In this document: one piece after another, positions 49,410 to 56,613 of the stretch | How the letters are laid out: every line of letters starts with the position of its first letter | Numbering within the stretch: the stretch's first letter is position 1 | Source of the DNA: an uncultured Candidatus Saccharibacteria bacterium | Lineage (GTDB): Bacteria; Patescibacteriota; Minisyncoccia; Phycocordibacterales; VMEP01 | Direction: 5' to 3' | Assembly (NCBI GenBank): GCA_964579635.1 | Contig: CAZOFV010000001.1 | Location: forward strand, 71,622-128,234 | DNA: 56,613 nucleotides | The notes under the pieces: generated by a model | What the model was told of the DNA's origin: nothing | Database searches by the model: none | What the model saw: the letters and a program-made list of their open reading frames with translations, nothing else | Made by a program: the position numbers and the translations under genes

Positions 49410-49593
49410 TTTTTATAAATGTATTTTATGTGGGGGTGTTGGTCACGTATAAAATTTTACTAAATTTTTACGCGACCCCGCCTCGCGCCGTCGCGCTCCG
49501 GCTTTCAATTCCCCACGTAAGACATTCTTATGTCTTACTCCATCTCCACAAACAAAAATGGCTCACCGAAAGGTGAGCTCATTTTTGTACTTG

Positions 49594-49989
49594 TGGAGAT
49601 GGGGGGAATTGAACCCCCGTGCAGATGATTTTCAGGCGCGGGTCTACGAAGCTTAGTTTGTTTTTTTGTTTTCAGCACGAAAGGTTTAAAGCAAACAAAA
49701 TCCTTTCACACTTATCCTCTATGTTTTTTAGTTAGTATCCCCGAGAAGTGAAATACGCTTAGTCCGGAAATATAACGCCCGTTCACATCTACCAGACTGC
49801 AATGTGACGAACGACCTTAGCTTATTTTATTAAGCGAAAGCGACGGCGAAGCTGTTTGCCTTAAAATAAGGAGAAACAGATAAGCCCTGTGCAGTTTTGT
49901 TTGCACTTATGTTTTGTGACGGTTTAACAAGTCATCACAGCTTGGCTTGCGCGCGCGAGAATGGTCAGCTGTCTAAGCAAATCATCCCC
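49594..49989 (-). ncRNA. ssrA: tmRNA
   Basis: GGGGATG/CATCTCCA acceptor with G3-U; T-arm GGTTCAATTCC; tag ANKTAQGLSVSPYFKANSFAVAFA* (49830-49904); downstream of smpB. Confidence 0.95.
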
Positions 49990-50051
49990 ATATTTAAATT
50001 TAGTTTAATTAGGCGGTTAGAGAAATTATTTAATTAAAATCCCAACAACGA

Positions 50052-50501
50052 CTAAAAACTGTTTTTCAATGATCTCCTTACTTCACGCATGTCGTCTCGT
50101 TTTTTTATTGTCTCGCGTTTATCAAATTTCTTCTTACCGCGAGCAACTCCGAGTGACACCTTGACCTTACCTTTTTTATTATACATCGAAAGTGGCACTA
50201 TTGTCAACTTCTTCTCTTGCTCCATTTGAGCAAGTTCAATGATTTCTTTCTTGGTTAGAAGGAGTTTTCTTGTACGGAGGGGATCATAACCTTTTGGCAT
50301 ATTTCCGGCTTGATATGGTGGGATATTTGAACCAAGTAAAAAAACTTCGCCACCACGGACGACAGCATAAGCCCCCTCAAGGGAACCCATACCTCCTTTA
50401 ATAGACTTAACCTCGGGTCCTAAAAGCTCAATACCAGCTTCTAGTGTTTCCGTAATTTCGTAATTAAATCTGGCTTTTTTGTTTTCGATAAAGGAAGACA
50501 T
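50052..50501 (-). CDS. smpB: SsrA-binding protein
   Basis: NKKARFNY, EAGI.L.G.EVKS, GKKKFDKR. Confidence 0.97.
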   Translation of the reverse strand: MSSFIENKKARFNYEITETLEAGIELLGPEVKSIKGGMGSLEGAYAVVRGGEVFLLGSNIPPYQAGNMPKGYDPLRTRKLLLTKKEIIELAQMEQEKKLTIVPLSMYNKKGKVKVSLGVARGKKKFDKRETIKKRDDMREVRRSLKNSF

Positions 50502-50569
50502 ATTGCGATTCTAACACGCCTTAAGATATTTTTTCATATACTTTTAAACTGGTGTATAATGTCGAAACT

Positions 50570-52504
50570 ATGGAAATAAAAATGCCAAAAATGAAGGGGG
50601 GAAAAGACGAAAAGGGGAATAAAAAAGAATTGAAAAAAATGACCACTATTCAGTTGGTTAGTAATATTGCTACAGCTCTTTTAATTTTTCTTCTTTTAAC
50701 ATCCCTTTATTCATATGTTTCTGACCGCGCTAAAAAACCAGCAAATATTCCAATATCAGAAGCTGCTCAATTAGTTCAAGATGGAAAAGTAAAAAAGATT
50801 TCAGTTGTTGGCGAGGAGTTGAAAATCACACTTACAGATAATACAGAGCGCATTTCAAAGAAAGAAAAAGAATCAGCCGTTTCTGAAACACTTTCACGTT
50901 ATGGAGTTACTTCTGAAAAATTAGCTAAGGTTGAAATCTCCATTTCAGATGACCGCGGTGTCTCATTTTGGCTACTCAATATTTTGCCATTTTTGATTCC
51001 GATTCTTTTTATAATCTTTTTCTTTTGGTTTTTATCACGACAAGTTAAGGGTGCTGGTATGCAAGCATTTACTTTCGGGCAATCTAAAGCTCGTGTTATC
51101 GATCCGCTAGATTTAAATCAAAAAGTAACATTTAAAGATGTTGCTGGTGTGAAAGAAGCAAAAGAAGAATTGCGTGAGATTGTCGACTTCTTGAAGAATC
51201 CTAAAAAATTCTTAGACATTGGCGCACGTATTCCCAAAGGTGTTCTCTTGATGGGTGCTCCTGGAACAGGAAAAACATTACTCGCAAGAGCAGTGGCGGG
51301 GGAAGCAGCCGTGCCATTTTTCTATCTATCTGGTTCTGAGTTCGTGGAAATGTTTGTTGGCGTTGGCGCTTCTCGTGTACGCGACTTGTTTATGATGGCA
51401 AAGAAAGCAGCTCCAGCAATTGTTTTCGTTGATGAAATTGACGCCGTTGGTCGCGTGCGCGGAACAGGTGTTGGTGGTGGCAACGATGAACGCGAGCAAA
51501 CACTGAATCAAATTCTAGTCGAGATGGATGGTTTTGAACCAACCGAGAAAGTTATTGTTATGGCAGCAACCAACAGGCCTGATGTTTTGGACCCAGCTTT
51601 GCTTCGTCCAGGTCGTTTTGACCGCAGAGTAATTCTTGATTTACCAGACCGCGACGAACGTGAGGAGATTTTGAAAATTCACAGCTTGAAAAAGCCATTA
51701 ACAGAAGATGTTAATCTCCGTGTAATTGCTGAACGCACCCCTGGTTTTTCTGGCGCTGATTTATTCTCACTTATGAACGAAGGCGCAATTTTGGCCGCAC
51801 GAGAAATAAGAAAGAAAGTTTCCCAATACGACCTTATTCGTTCTATTGAAAAAGTTATGATGGGGCCAGAAAGAAAGAGCCACCTTCTCTCTATTAAAGA
51901 AAAAGAAATTACCGCCTACCACGAAGCAGGGCACGCATTACTTGCTTCCGTCTTGCCATATGCTGACCCAGTGCATAAAGTTTCAATCGTTGCTCGTGGT
52001 CGCGCTGGTGGATACACACTAAAACTTCCAATCGAAGAAAGAAAACTACAATCGAAGAAAGAGTTTTTGGATGACATCGTTGTCTCTCTTGGTGGATACG
52101 TTGCTGAAGAAACAGTTTTTGGTGACTTAACAACAGGACCCTCGAACGATCTTCAGGTAGCAACTGCCTTAGCGCGCGATATGGTCACTAAATATGGAAT
52201 GTCAGACAAGATGGGACCAGTCGCGCTTGAAGGTTCTGGCGGGCGAGTTTTATTTGGAACAGGTGTTTCAGATCATGGTTATTCTGAAGTTGTTTCTGCA
52301 AAAATTGACGAAGAGGTTTCAAAGATAATGAACGATTCAATGAAAAAAGCGCAGGCGGAAATAAAAACACACAGAAAAATACTTGATGCCATCGCTAAAG
52401 AACTTGTTTCCGTTGAAACGATTGAGCGAGAAGAGTTTGAAAAAATCCTTGTTGCCAACGGCATAATGTCAAAGAAAGGGGAAGGGATAGATATCGTTTC
52501 GTAA
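50570..52504 (+). CDS. ftsH: ATP-dependent zinc metalloprotease FtsH
   Basis: Two TM helices, [20 protein letters not shown]. Confidence 0.97.
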   Translation: MEIKMPKMKGGKDEKGNKKELKKMTTIQLVSNIATALLIFLLLTSLYSYVSDRAKKPANIPISEAAQLVQDGKVKKISVVGEELKITLTDNTERISKKEKESAVSETLSRYGVTSEKLAKVEISISDDRGVSFWLLNILPFLIPILFIIFFFWFLSRQVKGAGMQAFTFGQSKARVIDPLDLNQKVTFKDVAGVKEAKEELREIVDFLKNPKKFLDIGARIPKGVLLMGAPGTGKTLLARAVAGEAAVPFFYLSGSEFVEMFVGVGASRVRDLFMMAKKAAPAIVFVDEIDAVGRVRGTGVGGGNDEREQTLNQILVEMDGFEPTEKVIVMAATNRPDVLDPALLRPGRFDRRVILDLPDRDEREEILKIHSLKKPLTEDVNLRVIAERTPGFSGADLFSLMNEGAILAAREIRKKVSQYDLIRSIEKVMMGPERKSHLLSIKEKEITAYHEAGHALLASVLPYADPVHKVSIVARGRAGGYTLKLPIEERKLQSKKEFLDDIVVSLGGYVAEETVFGDLTTGPSNDLQVATALARDMVTKYGMSDKMGPVALEGSGGRVLFGTGVSDHGYSEVVSAKIDEEVSKIMNDSMKKAQAEIKTHRKILDAIAKELVSVETIEREEFEKILVANGIMSKKGEGIDIVS

Positions 52505-52545
52505 AAATGAATATAAATAAAAAACCGCCATTTGGCGGTTTTTTA

Positions 52546-53538
52546 TTATTTAAGATTTAATTTTTCAGAAATCAAATCTACTTTTCCACGCACGTTTTCA
52601 TAGCTAGATTTCTTTGAAGCGTAAAGCTCATAGTCTTTCTTTGTGTGTGGGTCACCACCACCGCTTTCAAGTGCTTTGTATTTTTTTATCAATCCTTTTA
52701 GTATTTCTTGTTCTTCTTTTATTTTCTTTTTAAATTTACCCTTAAAGCCAAATCCATAAGTTGTCTCAAGACCATCAATACGTTTTTGTTTCAAAAGCTT
52801 CTCTACCAGTTTTAATGGAATTTCTTTTGCCGTGGTGAAATAGTGGGCGATAAAGGCAAGACCTCCGGCGTTTCTAATAAGCTTAACGGCTTCGTCTAAA
52901 TCAGGTCGGTCATCTATTTCAACAGAACATGGTTTAAATGCGTGATGCCCAAGAAAAAGACTATAAGGCTGTTGATATTCACCAACATTCATCATTAAGT
53001 CGTATTCTTTTTTAATTTCCTCGTTTGTTTTTGAAGCCTCTCTCATTTCTTCTATAGATTTCTTGAAAATAAGAAGATTTTTCTTTTTTGAGAGAAGGAC
53101 GGAAACGATATGAGGCTTAGCGACTATTCCTTCACCAGCCTTTCGAAGACATTCCTTTACTGTTATAGAAAGACCATATTTTTGAAGATTAAGAACGGTC
53201 TTTTCCATGCGAGTAATTCTCAATCGCGCTATTTTTTCCGTGAACGCGCGAAGTTTTTTGTTTTGAGGATCAACAAATAAACCTATTATATGTAGCGTGC
53301 CATTTCCACGAGGAGATTCTTTTGGATGTTCGGCAGAAATTTCAATTCCCATAACTACATTTACAGGACCTTTGTACTTTTTTAGAAAGGTAAGTGTTTT
53401 GTCGTTCGGTAAGACATCGTGGTCGGTAAAAGCTAATGTCTTGTAACCTAGTTTTTCAGCGAGAGTTAGAACTTCTTTATGACTTAAATCGCCGTCTGAA
53501 ATTTTTGTATGATTATGTAGGGATTCAATGTTTTTCAT
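52546..53538 (-). CDS. PHP-domain phosphoesterase
   Basis: LHNHT..SDG, TDHD, GIEIS, AH, GGDPH. Confidence 0.88.
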   Translation of the reverse strand: MKNIESLHNHTKISDGDLSHKEVLTLAEKLGYKTLAFTDHDVLPNDKTLTFLKKYKGPVNVVMGIEISAEHPKESPRGNGTLHIIGLFVDPQNKKLRAFTEKIARLRITRMEKTVLNLQKYGLSITVKECLRKAGEGIVAKPHIVSVLLSKKKNLLIFKKSIEEMREASKTNEEIKKEYDLMMNVGEYQQPYSLFLGHHAFKPCSVEIDDRPDLDEAVKLIRNAGGLAFIAHYFTTAKEIPLKLVEKLLKQKRIDGLETTYGFGFKGKFKKKIKEEQEILKGLIKKYKALESGGGDPHTKKDYELYASKKSSYENVRGKVDLISEKLNLK

Positions 53539-53689
53539 TTCGTGTTGTGTTTTGAGCCGTCAGTATAACATTTTGTCCGATAGGTTGTTTTTATAGTTAG
53601 AATGGAAACTTGTGCAGTTTCTCTTGAAAATGTAAACTTCGATTTACGTTCTATATTACGTAGTCAAGAACTTGATTGAAAATATGCGT

Positions 53690-53763
53690 CCGCCCTTAGC
53701 TCAGTTGGTTAGAGCACAGAGCTTATACCTCTGCGGTCCCTGGTTCGAATCCAGGAGGGCGGA
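53690..53763 (+). tRNA. tRNA-Ile(TAT)
   Basis: Acceptor CCGCCCT/AGGGCGG-A; anticodon stem CAGAG/CTCTG with loop CTTATAC; GGTTCGAATCC; CCA not encoded. Confidence 0.9.
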
Positions 53764-53779
53764 CATATATTTCCAGTCT

Positions 53780-55939
53780 CTATTCAAAGTGTATCGTTGC
53801 TTCTTTTTCTGCAAGTTTTTCTTTAAGTCTAGGATATTTAGTGAGCTTGTTTTCAAGAATTATTTTCTTTGCTTCCTCCCGCGCTGCCTCCACCATCTTT
53901 AGATTTTTTAGCGCCTCCATTCCAATATCGGAAAGTCCCCATTGTTTTCCGCCGGAGAGTTCTCCTGGGCCACGTAGTTTTAAATCAAGTTCGGCGAGCT
54001 CAAATCCATTTTTCGCCTCAGTGATTGCTTTTAGGCGCGCTTTTGATTTTTCATTGTCTGACTCGGGGAATAAATAACAATACGATTGATGGCTACTTCT
54101 TTGGACTCGTCCGCGAAGTTGATGAAGTTGAGCCAACCCAAATCTTTCCGCACCCTCAATAATAATTGAAGTTGCGTTGGGGACATTTAATCCAACCTCT
54201 ACCACAGAAGTTGCAACCAGAATATTCATTTTCCCAAAAAGAAAATCTTCCATCACTCGGTCACGTTCTTCACGTTTCATTTTGCTGTGTAAAATTCCAA
54301 TAGTAGATTTTGGGAAAACACTTTTCTTTAAACGTTTAGCTTCAGCCGTTACCGACTTCGCATTTAGAGCCATTGATTTATCAGGGTCTGGCTCGTCAAT
54401 TCGCGGACAAATTATATAAGCCTGTCTACCAGCAGTAATTTCTTCTTGTATTTTTTCATAAACTTTTTCACGCTTTCCTTTGGTGACAATTTCTGTAATA
54501 ACCTGTTTTCGCCCGGCGGGCATTTCGTCTATTAGTGTTAAATCTAGGTCTCCATAGACTGTTAGCGCGAGTGTGCGGGGGATTGGGGTTGCGGTCATTG
54601 AAAGAAGATGTGGGGCAGAAGTATCTTTGCGAGCAAGCCTCATTCTCTGGTTTGTACCGAATCGGTGTTGTTCGTCAATAACAACTAACCCTAGGTTTTT
54701 AAAAGAAACACTTTTTTGTATTAAGGCATGTGTCCCAATCACGATTGGAATTTCCCCGTTTGCTACCCATTTTAAAAATTGAGTTCTTGAGATATTTGTC
54801 CAAGAGTTCGGATTTACTTTTGAGGGAAATTTTCTACACCCCGAACCAGTAATTAACCCAACCGAAATATTCATGTGGGTAAAATATTTTATAAAGGACT
54901 CAAAATGTTGAGAGGCTAATATTTCCGTGGGTGCCATGTAGGCGACCTGCATTCTTGCGGCGCGGTTTTCTTTGGGGCTTGTGGAAATAACCGCATAGGA
55001 AGCAGTCGCTGCAACGGCAGTTTTCCCCGAGCCAACATCTCCTTCAAGAAGACGCGACATTGGTTTTCCGCTTTTGAAATCTTCCAAAATGTCTTTTATT
55101 GCATTGTTCTGCGCCTCGGTTGCTTCAAAAGGAAAGCGCTCAATAAATTCTCGGACATCTTTTTTGTCGGGTTCTATAACAAACGAGTTATTTTTTTCAA
55201 ACTCAAACTTTGCTTGCTGTCGTTGTAGTTGGACAAAAAAGACTTCTTCGAAAGCGAACCGTTTGCGTGCTGCAGAAGCATGCGATTCATTTTTGGGATT
55301 GTGTATAAAAATTAGCGCATCTTTTAATTGTGGAAGCTTGTATTTTATAAGAATTTCATTTGGGATTGGGTCGTCCAAACTGTTTAAAAAATTTGTCTGA
55401 AGTAACTTTCTTATTGAGTGTTGAAACCATAAAGAAGAAATTCCCTTACTCTCCTCATACACAGGAATCATGCTTTCTGTTGTGACAGCTTCACCCAACA
55501 GGCCGTTTTGAAGAGGAAGGCTCGCAACACGTTCAATATCTGGGTTTGCTAAGTATCGTGAACCATTTCTTTCTGCAATAACACCACTTACTCTCACGGA
55601 AGATTCGGCGGGAATCATTTTTGCGAGATATGGTTGATTAAACCAAACTATTTTTATTGAGCCGGTGTGGTCGGTGAGAGTGCCTTCAGCCATCGGAATT
55701 TTTTTTCGGAAAGCCTTGCTTGTTTTAAGGTTGGTTAGTTTGCCAAAAAAAATAACACGGTCGCCAGGACGAGAAGATAAAATCGCCTGAGATGAACCAA
55801 AGTCTATATAGCGTGAGGGGAGATGATAAAGAAGGTCTCTTGCAGTTATTACTTTTAGTTTAGCGAGGGCCTCTTTTTGAGATTGGGTTAACCTAAAAAG
55901 AGAAGATATTGGGGTTTTTTCCTCAAAGGTTGTTTGCAT
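53780..55939 (-). CDS. recG: ATP-dependent DNA helicase RecG
   Basis: GDVGSGKT, DEQHRFG, MTATPIPRT, QLHQLRGRV. Confidence 0.96.
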   Translation of the reverse strand: MQTTFEEKTPISSLFRLTQSQKEALAKLKVITARDLLYHLPSRYIDFGSSQAILSSRPGDRVIFFGKLTNLKTSKAFRKKIPMAEGTLTDHTGSIKIVWFNQPYLAKMIPAESSVRVSGVIAERNGSRYLANPDIERVASLPLQNGLLGEAVTTESMIPVYEESKGISSLWFQHSIRKLLQTNFLNSLDDPIPNEILIKYKLPQLKDALIFIHNPKNESHASAARKRFAFEEVFFVQLQRQQAKFEFEKNNSFVIEPDKKDVREFIERFPFEATEAQNNAIKDILEDFKSGKPMSRLLEGDVGSGKTAVAATASYAVISTSPKENRAARMQVAYMAPTEILASQHFESFIKYFTHMNISVGLITGSGCRKFPSKVNPNSWTNISRTQFLKWVANGEIPIVIGTHALIQKSVSFKNLGLVVIDEQHRFGTNQRMRLARKDTSAPHLLSMTATPIPRTLALTVYGDLDLTLIDEMPAGRKQVITEIVTKGKREKVYEKIQEEITAGRQAYIICPRIDEPDPDKSMALNAKSVTAEAKRLKKSVFPKSTIGILHSKMKREERDRVMEDFLFGKMNILVATSVVEVGLNVPNATSIIIEGAERFGLAQLHQLRGRVQRSSHQSYCYLFPESDNEKSKARLKAITEAKNGFELAELDLKLRGPGELSGGKQWGLSDIGMEALKNLKMVEAAREEAKKIILENKLTKYPRLKEKLAEKEATIHFE

Positions 55940-55970
55940 GCGTGGCTTTTAGTATAGCAAACTCATTGTT

Positions 55971-56567
55971 TTAATTTTTCTTACTAGAACCAAGAATATT
56001 TTCCTCAAAAATTGTAGTGATAAGACGCTCGACTACAAGGAAAATAAGAAGTCCTAAAGCGAGTCCAATTTCGGCGTAACGGAAATAATGTTTAAGGTGA
56101 GGTATCCAAACGCTTGTGGCATAAGCAATCCCTCCGACTATAAAAATCCAGATGATTACTGCTTTTAAGTTTGCTTTAAAAAATTTTCTGATGGGGACAT
56201 TAAGCATTCCTGAGCGAATTAATGTTATGCGATTGGTGCCATATATAAATTTCGTGGCCACAAGGAGGGTGTCTGTACGATTTAAAATACCATCATCAAA
56301 ACGTTTGGTTATTTTACTGATTATTCTAGATGGTATCCCGTTTGGATACCGCCCGATAAATTTTCCTAATGAGTACCATAAAAAATCCCCAGTGAGTGCA
56401 CCAATAAGAAGAAGTGGTGCAATATATGGAAGATAGAAAAATCCATGTTTTGTAAGAAAGGCAGAAACGAAGATAACAGCATCTCCTTCAACCATCATTA
56501 AAGCAAAAGCCCCTAAATAGGCGGAGAGCTTCCAAGAGACTAAGTAACTTAAAAGGATGGTTTTCAT
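55971..56567 (-). CDS. DedA family membrane protein
   Basis: EG, GD..WY.LG, KFIYG.R pattern; hydrophobic. Confidence 0.8.
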   Translation of the reverse strand: MKTILLSYLVSWKLSAYLGAFALMMVEGDAVIFVSAFLTKHGFFYLPYIAPLLLIGALTGDFLWYSLGKFIGRYPNGIPSRIISKITKRFDDGILNRTDTLLVATKFIYGTNRITLIRSGMLNVPIRKFFKANLKAVIIWIFIVGGIAYATSVWIPHLKHYFRYAEIGLALGLLIFLVVERLITTIFEENILGSSKKN

Positions 56568-56613
56568 GAATCTATATTATACGGGTGTAATTAGATTCGG
56601 TCACGAATATTTT

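Noticed and set aside
53672-53902. 76-aa ORF
   Set aside because: Overlaps tRNA-Ile and the recG 3' end.
1-56613. Alternative genetic code (TGA=Gly, as in Gracilibacteria/Absconditabacteria)
   Set aside because: Core genes translate full length in code 11, and TGA ends some genes (e.g. rnhA, comEC).

Overview
56.6 kb of an AT-rich bacterial chromosome, most consistent with Patescibacteria/CPR (Parcubacteria-like). The basis is inference: no rpmD between rpsE and rplO, core genes without Shine-Dalgarno (SD) sites, a type IV pilus cluster, split ComEC and a stand-alone TraD/HerA-like ATPase. Genetic code 11 is used. The window holds a T4P operon, tpiA-pgk, recJ, rnhA, comEC, the str-S10-spc ribosomal clusters, secY-adk-map, ndk, infC-rpmI-rplT, thrC, smpB-tmRNA, ftsH, recG, tRNA-Ala(GGC), a rare tRNA-Ile(UAU) and a compact 6S-like RNA. 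The most striking unexplained structure is about a dozen small, mostly GC-richer orphan genes. Most are packaged as self-contained promoter-SD-ORF-terminator units inserted at intergenic terminators, including inside the ribosomal operons. Unrelated units share near-identical regulatory modules (an 84-bp promoter/RBS/start repeat, a 38-bp terminator repeat and a 19-bp terminator/-35 repeat). A separate islet next to the tmRNA 3' end carries Panacea and PIN toxin-antitoxin pairs, short direct repeats and an antisense copy of the tmRNA 3' end. All calls are by eye; no database searches were run.
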